A stretch of DNA of 64,000 bases, taken from NCBI GenBank assembly GCA_034780895.1, contig JAUZTB010000076.1:19897717-19961716 (forward strand), given 5' to 3'. The DNA is from Rhynchobatus australiae (lineage: Eukaryota). The first letter of the stretch is position 1. Every line of letters begins with the position of its first letter. The notes beneath the pieces are model-generated. The model was not told the DNA's origin. It did not search any database and saw only the letters and a list, made by a program, of their open reading frames with translations. A program made the position numbers and the translations under genes. Positions 25,666 through 37,419 of this stretch are shown piece by piece.

Positions 25666-27859
25666 AATGTGGTTTCATTGGGGATTTTTTACTTATTTTT
25701 CCACTCTTGAAAATGAGAATTAAATAATCATTAATCCAATATTTTGGTCTTTATGCAGAGTAAAATACAAATTTATCAAGAACAGTTAGAGTAGAACAAA
25801 AGGTCACTGCTAATGAAGACATGGTAAAGTAATATATAAAGAAAAACTTGGGGAGGCAAGTTGATTTCCAGGTGGATTATTATAATAACACAATTCATAC
25901 AGATTATTGACTTTATTAAAAGTAAAATTGTCATACCCCATCGTGTGGAGCTAAAATCCGTGTCATTCAAGTCATGTGCCAAGTTCTTGAGGGAAATCGT
26001 CTGTCAGCCACATTACCAATCAAAGATGCATGAACACCCCGACTCGCCCCCTCCCAACTTATTTCAGTTATCATCTCACAAAAGCTTGACTAATCACACC
26101 CACTTTTACATTTTACTTTCCACCTCTCTTTGGAATCCACAGGAGGAACATTTGGCTTTAGTTACAAGCAATACTTTGGTGCAAGAGTATTAACTGCTCA
26201 TTATACACACTTCCCAAAAATCACATGCATAAAGTCTATGGAAACGCAGGCAGGTGAGCAAAACTATCAACCAATGCTCTCACACCCATTCAGCACTGAT
26301 GACCAAAAATGAATTTCTCCCTGTTGTGTATTTCTGTGATACAGATCCAAGTTCTGACAGCACTCCCTGTGTCTTGCCCATGGTTCCATTTTTATATTTG
26401 CTTGCTCAAAGCAATGAGTAGCAATTAGCTTTTTGACAATAGCCCAGATTTACCTGATAAATCCTGACAGTTAACTGCAAGCCTATACTCGAATGCAGCA
26501 CTCCCAAAACTGCTGGCCAAGCTCCACTTACCAGTTTCACTGGCATTTACACAGTGGAATCTGCTTTTGGATCCCATAATAGATTATACCCAGGACAAGA
26601 TCCAAGAGCCCATTTACTTTAATATAAATTATACAGTTGCAGGAAAGAAAGGTAAGTTTTTTTTATTAATTACTTGTGTATAACTATTAATAAATTGTGT
26701 TTTGGTTGATTTTACTTTTTCAGAATGTTAATATTTTTTAAAAATCAATAATGTATTTTTTTAAAGTTTCTGGATGTTGGATATTCAGAAGTATTGATTA
26801 TCCATAATAATTTTGACATACAGCAAGTGGGGGGCATTGTTTCGTCATCTGTCAAAGTTTTCTGGAAGTGATTTATGAGCAAGGCTTGTTCTGGCCCACC
26901 AAGTCATCCAATTACTTAACTGGAACACTGCTGCTGCACAAGGTCCCTTTATTTCAGGACTGTCTTGACCAAGGATATTAGCCTTCCAGATTCAAAGCAA
27001 ATACATTCAAGTTGGCAGTAAATACAAGTGGTGAAAACAGGCAGTGGGTCACTCTCAAGAAAATCTAGGCCAGATCCTCTAATAACCAAGACCATGCTAT
27101 TCTTGCCCAACAGCATTCAAAGAGTCACAGATGGAGAATTGGGTGTTAATTTTCCTCCTTGTCCTCAGCCATAACTTGGGCAGTAAATCGTAACTCCTAA
27201 ATGATACAACCTAACAAAGCAAAGACTGAGAATGAAATCTGGAGCCTGCTGATCTGTTTCATTCAGTAGACACTGAAAAGCACCATAAAACATTAGACCA
27301 CAGAAATAAGCCTGCTTAAATGCATGTGATTATCAAGACAGTATGGCTTTAGTTACATTTATAATCTGTTATTATAATCTCCATATGACAGGTGTACAAC
27401 CTAGCTTGATTGATTCTAGGCAAGGTACTTGATAGTATTCTGTTAACTTTTTTTAGTGTGTCACTCGTGGATGGTTTGAAACCAATCTGCTTGGTGACCT
27501 GTCACTCCACAGGGATCTGCTGTAGCTTGTCCTCCAATTAATTGCTTTTCATGCTAATGCTCCTTGTTGAATTTGGACAGAAACTATAGCCTTTCAACAA
27601 GGAACAGGTTACAGTGAAGAATCACATAAACTTTCATATTTTGAAAGTATTTTTTGCTTATATTCATCCCATCCATGCTGTATTTTCCAGAGCTGTGTCC
27701 CAAGACTCGGCAATGTCACCCACCAGCTGAAAAACCCATTGAACGAATGTCAACATCAGGGCTGATCATGTTGAAACACAATTTATCAATAAATGAGATA
27801 TGATTGCTCTGCTAGTTTCCAGCAGAAAAATCATCAGGTTAACTGGGTCTGATATTACT

Positions 27860-28800
27860 CTAGTTCTCATCTTGTTGGGTACTTCACACGACATACTAGG
27901 ATAAGGTTACAGCAGTGCTTCTTGGGCAGTTGCTTGAAGGGACCACAAGATGCTGCCAACAGAGAATGACTTGCTTCCTCTACAGTTCTGTGAGTTGTGA
28001 GGTGCTTGATAAGACCAATGTGGTATCTGCAGACTCCACAGGAGGTGCCAATGTGATGTCTGAGAGGAGCTATCTAACCATGCTCCATGAGACCTTCAGC
28101 ATCGATATGTCTGCATTATCATTTCTGTGGCTGCCTTTGGGGCCAGAGTGATGGAAATAACAGCATGGTTTATTCCCATCATGGAACAGGTGATGCAGAC
28201 ATTGCATTCTCTTGGAGACACGAGACTGCAGATGCTGGAATCTGGAGCAACAATCGGCTGGAGAAACTCTGCAGGTCAAACTGCTCAATCTGCTGAGTTC
28301 CTCCAGCAGATTGATGCACTGCATTCTTTTGCTCAGGTGCCTTACGTAGGTCGGGACACTGATGCCATCAGATTTTGCCATCAGGTCTCTTTGACAAGAC
28401 CATGTTGCAAATATTTGCCAAGAAGATAATTCTGTTGGAATTAGTCTTCCCTACCTCCCCTCCCCCCACCCTNNNNNNNNNNNNNNNNNNNNNNNNNNNN
28501 NNNNNNNNNNNNNNNNNNNNNNTAAAGTCACCAAGGAGCATCAGATTGTCTTCCTCTGGGGATGGGTCAGGGATGTTTCCAGATGGGAGTAGAAGTTCTC
28601 CTTAACCTCATCTATAATTTTCAGTGTTGTGATGTATGCACTGATATCCATAGCATGCTGGTCCCATTTGGAGTCAGCCAGAGTGTCATAGGATGTTCAC
28701 TTATCCCACAGGGGAAGGCACTGAGACTCCAGACTCACTCATTCTTGATGTCTGAACCCGCTCCACAAAGGTGGAGTTCATCTTCCAATTGTTTCAAAAA
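27860..28800 (-). mobile_element. Probable RTE-type LINE remnant, interrupted by a short element
   Basis: Minus-strand TYVRHL...CL reminiscent of the RTE TY.RH...CLR motif; heavily decayed. Confidence 0.35.
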
Positions 28801-28859
28801 GCTGCCTCCTTTGAGCTGGCTAGCTGCCTGCCGTTGAGTGTCACTCAGGTCAGTGTCAG

Positions 28860-29990
28860 AGTTTGGAGACAGAAAAGTGGGAAAAAAATGATATGGAAAG
28901 GTAGAGCTACATCTGTGGAGAAACAAAAATGGATTGGGTACCTGAAATTGTTAGATTCAGTGTGAAGTACCAAGGAATTCAAATTACCCAGGGATTCAAA
29001 GTAGCCAGAGGAAAGATGAGGTGCTATTCCTCAAGTGAGGTTAGAGTGGGATGGAGTGGAGAATTAAAGTGTCAAGTGACTGGAAGCTTAGGGCACCTTT
29101 GCTGACTGAATGGAGGTGCTGTCCTAAGTCATAACTCAGTCTGCATTTCCCCAGTGTAGAGTTGACCATATCATGAGTAACAAGTACCATACACTGAACT
29201 AGAAAAAGTGCGAGTGAATTACTGCTTCACCTGGAAGGACTATTTAGGTCCCCGGCTGGTGGGAAGGGAAGAAGTAAAAGGGCAGGTGGTGCATTCCTCA
29301 TGCTTGAATGGGAAAGTGCCCTGAGAGGGGGAGTGGCTGGTGGAGATGTAGGTGTAGACTAGGCAGTCACAGGGGGAATGGTCACTTCTGAATGCCAGAA
29401 GTGAAAAGGAGGGCAAGGTATGACTGGTGGTGGAATCCAATTGGAGGTGGTGAAAATTATGGAAGATGATCTATCCGTTCAACATTGGAGGCTCGTGGGG
29501 TAAGAGGTAAGGACCAGGGAAACACTATCCTTGTTCCTGCTGGAAGAAGAGTGATTGATGAATAACTGCAGGAAATAAAGGAAACACTGTTAAGAACCTC
29601 TAAATAATGGCAAAGTTAAGGGAAAGGGAAGAAATCTAATGGCACTGGTGTGGAAAGTCCTATCACAAGAACAGGTATGATGGGGATGAAGAAATTGGAA
29701 AAATGGGATGGTGCTTACAGGAAATAGAGAGGGAGGAGGTGTCGTCAAGATAGTTCTGGGGGTGGGGGGCGTTCAATGGACTTGTATTGTTAATTAACCT
29801 GTCCACTCTGATGGAAACAGAGATGTCCACCTTAGTGGACAGGTTAATAACAAATATGCATTGATAGTGGACTGTGTGAAAATGTGAGCTGGGTGGAAGT
29901 TGGCAGTAGAAAGAAATGTGTTATTTCTATATGAGTGCAGAAAGCAGCATCAGTACAGTCATGAAACTGAGGGGGGCCTCAGTAGGACTG
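28860..29990 (-). mobile_element. Penelope-like element remnant (RT C-term/linker/GIY-YIG)
   Basis: AFRSDHS..D.LV.T...GTFP....CTTCPFTSSL....GPK matches the vertebrate PLE linker preceding GIY-YIG. Confidence 0.7.
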
Positions 29991-31699
29991 AAACAGGAAC
30001 CATGAATCCAATGATAGGCATTGCTGACACCCATGCAAGTTCTCATAGGTACACTGTTGACTTGGAGAAAGTGAGTGAAGTTGAAGGAGAGGATGTTCAA
30101 TGCAAGAACAAGTTCAATCACACAAAGGAGAATTTTCCAATGAAGGATTAAAGAATGATTATGCATGAGGCATAAACTGAGCCAACTTTGGAAATACACA
30201 CTATTCCCATTGCTTAATACAACCAAGTAGAATTACGTGTCAAGTAGAATATTTTGAGGTTAGATCAGTTTCCATTGTGATGACCCCAAATGTTTGATAA
30301 CATCGGTGGTTTGTCTGTAGATCCCATTTTATTTGATTGATGTATAAAGTTTATTACATTGGATTCTTTGGCTCAACATGAGCATCAACCACCAGAGAAG
30401 AAAATGAACAAGGTATTTGAATGCACACGCATAAAGCAAAAGGACAACAAACCACATTCTGGTGCAGTACTTGAGTACAGGAAGTCTAGGTTTTAAACCT
30501 TCTTTAGAAACCTTTGTGGAACTTGAACCATTTGTGAATGGGCCTAAGAAGACACAGCCATACTAGTGGAAAATGGTGGCAAAAGTGAATGCAGTGAATC
30601 CCACTTAGATTTTCATTCACTTAATAAATTTATGATCTAAACTGCACCCCATTTATTTTTAAACTCACCCTCACCTCCTTTCTTCTAACCTTACCACGCC
30701 CTTCCTCGGTTCCAAACAATCCCTCAGCAATGGTATTTCTACCTATGAGGTCTCACTATGGGCACTATGTTGATGCACAACTTTGACAGACAGCTCTTGT
30801 TGCTTTAACAGCCAAATACCAGAGAAACCTAAAACATCAGCTAATGGTACTTGGAACTATTTTCAACAAGTGAATGAATTGTTCATGTGCACGCTTCCAC
30901 AATTTTAATGTTTCAGATGATTGATCAATTGTTTAGAACAGGAAAACTTTCGAGAGTGCAAAATGGCAGATATATACTGCTCATGATATATACATGAGCA
31001 TCAAGGATCCACGATCCCTCTTCTCTTGTTTCTAACCAATCTCCTTTAATAATTCCACTTCCTTCTGAAGGGCTGTTCATTAACTTTTCACAAGAGGCTG
31101 AAGGAGTTTTCATCAGCTTTCTTGCTCGCACCCCAATGTGTTCTGAAGTTGAAGTATACTCACACTGCAACATTTTGTCTGTACACAGTGCCACTGAAGT
31201 AGTAAAACATTCCAGAACACTTACTAGGAGCCATTACAAATGAAATTTGATACCGAGAGACATGAGGAAATACTAGGGAAGATATTTAAAAGTTAAAAGA
31301 TGAGAGAGTAAGGCAGAGAGGTTTAGAGGGATTTTTGAGCTAAGGACCTTGTCAGCTGAAAACATAGCAACCAATGGAGGAATGATTAATGTCAGGGATA
31401 ATTATGAGGCCAAAACAGGAGAGCAGATGTCCCAAAGGCTCTAGAATTGGAAGAAAAAAATAGTATCAGGACAGGGCAAAACCATGAATAAATATGAGAA
31501 ACAAAGTAAGACTACAAGAGTTGAGGTATTTTTAAAGAGTCAATGTACAGTACTTAGTAAACTGTGGGGTGATGGAGAATGAGGCTTATTGCAGGTCAGA
31601 CACAGACACCACATTTCTGGATAACATTTTTCTAGAATATTACTAGGGAAGGCTTCAAAAATTGTTAGAATTGTCAAGACTCAAGATAATAAATGCAAG

Positions 31700-32005
31700 A
31701 ATGAAGTGGCACCATGAGAGAACTACTACCTCACAGATCCAGCACCTATGTTCAATACAAGCCTCTGGTGCTGTCTCTGTGGAGTTTATGCATTCTCCAT
31801 TACCACACGCGTTCCCCATATGACAAAGACAAGTGGGTTAGTAGGTTAATTGGACTTTGTAAATTACTCTCTGTAAGTGGTAGAATCTGGGAGGGGGTAG
31901 TGGTTATGGGAATGTAGGGAAAATAAAAATAGGATTAGTGCAAGTAGATGCTCATTGATTCATTCTGAAGGCTGAGGGGCCTGTTTCCATGCTGTATGAC
32001 TCCAT
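31700..32005 (+). mobile_element. HE1-like tRNA-derived V-SINE with CR1-type tail
   Basis: CCTCACAG..CCAG...GTTCAAT...CTGTGGAGTTT..CATTCTCC...GGTTAGTAGGTTAATTGG...GGGCCTGTTTCCATGCTGTATGACTC. Confidence 0.7.
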
Positions 32006-32319
32006 TGAAGGGTTTAGCAACAGACAAACTTAGGCAGAAGCAGAATCTGCATTGCCTCATGCTGTGAAAATAAGTAGTCTGATTGGTCATAGTCAAGTGT
32101 GACACTGGGATTGTGAACACTGCAATTCAGTTTCAGATGTTCAGGCCACCAAGTGCTTCTGATTCCTTACCCTTCAATCTTTTCTGATCCTCTGAGCCTT
32201 TCCTTTAATCCCTTTTCCTTCTTCCACCTCTCCCTTGAGATGGCACAAACTGGAGAAATGTGGAATCATGCAGCAGTTGAAATTTAACCCGTGGAAATAG
32301 AAACTGATTATTTTTGCCC

Positions 32320-32630
32320 ATGATGGAGCTGGCTGAGTCTACAACCCTCTGCAGCTTCTTTCAATCCTGCCCATTGGAGCCTTCATACCAGGCAGTAATG
32401 CAATTAGTCAGAATGCTCTCCACTGTACATCTGTAGAAAATTTGCAAGAGTCTTTGGTGACATACCAAATCTCCTCAAACTCCTAATGAAGTAGAGCCAC
32501 TGGTGTGCCTTCTTTGTGATTACGGTCAATTCCTTAATGTTGCTGACAGGGTTTTTCTGTTGCGACAGCACACAACCAGCTGATCTATCTCACTCCTGTA
32601 CGCCTCCTCATTGCCATCTGATATTCTGCC
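32320..32630 (-). mobile_element. Rex1/Babar-type LINE fragment
   Basis: Homologous to 6400-6600 (reverse of LYF.R.L..F...NFYRCTVESIL). Confidence 0.7.
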
Positions 32631-33479
32631 TGATCTGTACTGGGCTCCCACCTAACTGATAACCAACCTGACCCAAGACCTCCACCATGCTCTTCCAATG
32701 GGGCTCTGAACCCAGCCACAGACAACAATTTTGAGTGGGGTACTCAAAAAGACAGGTCATTGTTAAAGTGAAGCACAATATACATTAAAATTCCATTAAT
32801 CTAGCACATTCAAGACTATCAGATGTTATTAATAATGCAACACACTTTAATTCACTTGCTTAAGATATTTACACAGTAACATTCTGGTGAACCCAGTAAA
32901 TTTAAAGGCACACAGCAAACAAAACCAGGAAGATTTCAAGGAACGGTGGCCAACAAGAAGCGGTGAGTTTGAAGGAAGTGTGGGGACCGGGACCCCGATG
33001 AATGGAGGAATGGAGCAGGAATCAGGGATCAGTTAGTGGTTGGAGAGCATTGGAACCAGGCCCCAGGCGAGTGGTTGGGGCACATGGGAACAGAGGCGTT
33101 GGTGAATTGGGGAACACTGGAACCAGTGCTCCAGGCATGTGGCAGGGGAATGTGGGAACAGAGACCTCGGTGAATTGGGGCCAGGGGCCAGACAAGGGGA
33201 AATTGCAAACATTCGGTGGTGAGCCAAATATAGGACCATAGGGATTGTGAATGGTCAGATAGCAGAGCATTTGGATTTTACTTCAAAACAAATTGTTATT
33301 GTGGAAGGCACACTGGTGCCAAGGACGATGCAAATACAGAATGCTGCTCAGTGACGATATGGCGAGAGGCATTCAAATCAGCTGAAACAACTGAATGCAA
33401 ATGGCTTGATAATCTGGTCTCAACGATCAAATCTACAACGTGCCCTTCTGTGCTGCACAATGCACCTGGCAGCTGAGGG

Positions 33480-35450
33480 GAGTCTGGAGGCTCCGCCCTC
33501 CCGCGACGTCACCAGGCGGTGGATGTGCAGACTCGCACGCGACCAATGGAAGCCGCAGTCTGCGCGGCGATTGGACGGACCCGAAACCGCAGCGCTCCTG
33601 ATTGGTCCAGAACCCGGTCCGGGAGGTGTGGCTGTTGATTGGCCAAGTGCGAACAGGCCGCATTCCTATTGGTCAGTTGATGACGAGAAGACCAATTGTT
33701 TGAAAACAAAGTGATGTTCGCTATTCCTGTCACCGTTCATGGAGGGCGGTCTGTTTGATTGCTTTAGAACATCATAAAGCTCACGGAGTATTGGGTTTCC
33801 GAGTTCCAAACCGATTCGTCGTCCATTTATGTCGAACAGAGAAAAAGGAACGTAAAATGTAGTCAGATTTCATTACTATGGCTAATAATTGTTACTCGAA
33901 GATAGAGCAGCAACTGAATAGTTAACTAGAATCCAATCCATTTGCTCTGGAATATGCCCATTTAGCAGGAATTGCGCGACTATAAATAACGTTTCGTGCC
34001 GAGGAATGGCTATGATTGGCTGGCAGCCAGCGAGGAGGAGCTGATTGGTCAGATGCTGGTGGACGTGGTGCTAAGTGACGCGTGCTGTTGGTTGGTTTCC
34101 ATTAGGAGTCCTGGTGCTGATTGGCTAACGGAGCTGATTGGCGGACCGTGGAAGAAGGAGCGTTGATTGGCTGGTGGTCGGAAAGTCTGTGCTGATTGGC
34201 TGGTTGGTCGGCTGTGTGGTCTTGTTTGGGGAAAGGGATGGTGGAAAATTCAAGGGGGTTTTGGCAAAAAAAGACGCGAAAGCACTGGGCGCTCCGCAAC
34301 ACTCGGCATCCCCAGACGTAAGTTTGTTCGTTTCATACGTCAAGGAATTTTTTTGCTTGTACTTTAAACCTCAATTCGACTCGATCTTTTCCTTTTTAAA
34401 CCCAAAAAAAACAAATTTCCGGTTGTCGTAACTTGAGGCAACGTAACCTGCTTAACAATAGTATGACTGACAGGCAGATTGACCAATGGGATAGAGGCTC
34501 TGCCCCCCGACATCGGTGAGAGTGTCGGCTGGCCACCCAATCAGGGGCCGGCGCTGCGGATGGGAAGGGGGTGGGAGGATCGCGGCGGGCAGGTTTGCTT
34601 GACGCGAAGTGCCATCGCGGGGGACGGCGGAATCAAAAAAAAAGGAAGCGGGGGGCCGTTGGGCTGCCGCTGGGCGGACAGGGGCCGGGGGGAGAAACCG
34701 CCGGAGATGCCGGGGCCTCGGCTGTGATCCAACAAGGCCCGAGCGGTCGGAGCGGCGCGGTGCGAGGTGACAGCTCCTAACAATAGGGGGAGGGCCCGCG
34801 GACGGGCCTTGTCCTCACCCCCTCCCTCGGCGGGCCCCGTCCGCTCAGCTCCCCCCCCCCCCCCCCCCCCGGGGGGNNNNNNNNNNNNNNNNNNNNNNNN
34901 NNNNNNNNNNNNNNNNNNNNNNNNNNNNNNNNNNNNNNNNNNNNNNNNNNNNNNNNNNNNNNNNNNNNNNNNNNNNCCCCCCCCCCCCCCCCCCGTGCTG
35001 CGGCCACAGAGAGGTTCAAGGAGCAGCCCCCTCCGGGCGTCTTGGCGTGGCTGTCAGAGTCGCGGTGGGTTCCCTCCCCCCACCCCACACACACACGGGA
35101 CGAGGGGGGGGGGTGGGGAAGAAGAGGGCGTGTGATGAAAGTGAAAATGAAAGCAGTGAGGGGAGGACGCCCGTAGCAAACAAAGGGAGAGGCCGAGCCT
35201 ACCCCTGACCGAGCTGGCCGGCCGGCCGGGCGATGACCGCGGGTTACCTTCGGCCCTATGTTGACAGCCGCCGCCACTGTATCCGGTCCCGGACACGGTG
35301 GAGGGATCGGAACTCGCTCCCGGCGCTCTACGTTGCTGCAGAGAGCTTTTATTATTGTTTTTGCCTCCTGTCTGTGCGCAGGTTAATTCCCTACTCTGAC
35401 AGTTTCGCCCACAACCGCCCTACTGGCGGAGTAATAAATACATATTGGCT
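33480..35450. promoter_or_regulatory. CpG island / KDM4A promoter and probable non-coding first exon
   Basis: Sharp rise in GC and CpG versus the rest of the window, immediately upstream of the first coding exon; GC boxes, CRE-like GACGTCA at ~33505, many CCAAT boxes; candidate donor GAG|gtgaca at 34766/34767. Confidence 0.85.
33543..34541. promoter_or_regulatory. Array of >=14 CCAAT/ATTGG (NF-Y type) boxes
   Basis: CCAAT at 33543, 33692, 34483, 34537; ATTGG at 33570, 33601, 33638, 33668, 34015, 34044, 34120, 34137, 34166, 34195, most in full (C/T)GATTGG(C/T) context. Confidence 0.8.
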
Positions 35451-35864
35451 CTGGCCTCCACTCTCTGCTCATTCACTGTTATTTTTTTAATTTTACTTTT
35501 TGAAATGTGTGTTGTTAATGGCTGCCACCTTGAGTAATGCGTAATTTACTGGGATTTAACTAATCTTGTTTCTAACTTTGCAATGCTGCTGAAAATGTTG
35601 AACGTCGTACTTTGTTTGGCTGTGTATTTGGATATTAGAATTAAACTCGTAAACTGTGTATTTTGTAGGCACAGTATCTTAGTGCTATTCTCCACTGGGG
35701 GGGCGGGGTTGGGAACTAAAGTGGCAGTGGTGGAATGATAACAGCAGCTTGAATCTGTTTCACCGTACCTCTTATTGGTCATTAGGAATTTTATGTATAA
35801 TTGTGGCTCGCAAAATATCGACTTCTGCAAATGTTTTCATTTTAGGTGATTGAAGTTGGCGAAC

Positions 35865-36002
35865 ATGGCGTCCGAATCAGGAATGCCCAATCCCAGTTCT
35901 CGGATATTGACTTTTTATCCCACGATGGAAGAATTCAAAAACTTCAGCCGTTACATTGCATATATAGAAACACAAGGTGCCCATCGTGCTGGGCTTGCAA
36001 AG
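35865..36002 (+). CDS. KDM4A: KDM4A first coding exon (exon starts 35846), JmjN
   Basis: AACATGG Kozak, in-frame TGA at 35847; [46 protein letters not shown]|gtaacc, 138 bp. Confidence 0.95.
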
Positions 36003-37419
36003 GTAACCTGTGAAATGTGCATTATTATAGTTGTATCCTTTTTAAGGGAATAATATCCTACATTCCCTAGATTGGATCAAATTAGAGTAATTCTTTGACA
36101 CTGTGGGAACAGATTGGCATATTGCCTTGTGCAAGAAGCAATCAGAAATTCCTTTGCACGCAATTTGTCATTCCAGCAAATATTCTCTCATTTGCTGATG
36201 ACCAACAAAAACAAAATTTGCAGATGTAATATTCTAAACAGGTCTGAATGAAAATGTTTGTGTCCTAAAACTCCATTTCCATTTTTCCCAAAGCATCATC
36301 GATTTTTGCATTCAATCAACTCTGAGAGGTCACTATGATGAGAAAATGTTACTTTGTCAGCAACCCATACATCCATTTCATTGTAGAAATGTGCTGGAGT
36401 TCTCTAATGGGCTCCTATTGTACCATCATGGTTCAATGAATGATAGTATTAGGGGGGAAAAGGCACTCAAGAACTGGCTGGAAGGGAAGTGGGACCCATA
36501 CTGAGTTTACAGGATTTCAATGTGGAATGCTCCTTGCGTGTTTCACTAAAATTGCTCGTATCTGCCCTGGGATTGGGGTTTCAGTGCAACAGTGCAGTGT
36601 AGAAGCACTCTATTCAGGTGCTTGAATACATTCAGCAAGTAAAATTGAGTTTGGGCAAAAGAAGTTCTAAAGTACCATTTGGACATAATTCCCCTTGTAA
36701 ATGAAAGATTCACCAATAATATGCAAGGGTTATCAGACCTAACCACTGTGGATTATGAGTGCCGAAATCTGTGTATGCTCAGAAATACTGGTAGATTAAT
36801 GTATTATCAAAATCACATCCAAATATTTATTATTCTTTTTGAACAGTTAAGATGTTAAGTGTAAACTTCTTTTTCATTTTCAAGACCTACACCACACTGC
36901 ACAAAAGATGTAATAGCACTTAAGGCAGTGCAGAGAAGATTAGAGATTATCAGCGTAAGGTAATGAAGAGGTGTTGTTTTCCTTTGGACCAAAGGAGACT
37001 GAGGAGAAGTTTAATTGAGCTCTATAAAATTAAGTGCTGGACAGTGTAAATGGACATATCTCCATATCTCTCTCTCTATATATATTGATGCAAGGTGATG
37101 AAAGGGAAATTAAGGAAATAAAGTCTCTCTGACTGCTGGGAATCTGGAACTGTCAGAATGGTGGAAGCAGAATTCTCTTTGCACTTCAAAAGTGTGAGCA
37201 CCTGATCCATAACCTGAAGGATTATTAATAGAAAGCTCAGAAGTGGGATTAATGCAAAGTACATTCATGGCCTGCATGGATGTAACAGACTTGTACAATA
37301 TGTTTCTCTGTTAATGTCAGAAACAATGGGAGAGGCAACACAAAACTGCTAAATCTTGAAATTTGCTATTTTGTAGTGATGAACAAGCTAGGTCTTTGAT
37401 CTGGCAAGCCGTACAGTGA

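Noticed and set aside
33406-35296. Many overlapping Gly/Pro/Arg-rich ORFs
   Set aside because: Expected from the stop-poor GC-rich CpG island; no recognisable domains or splice pattern
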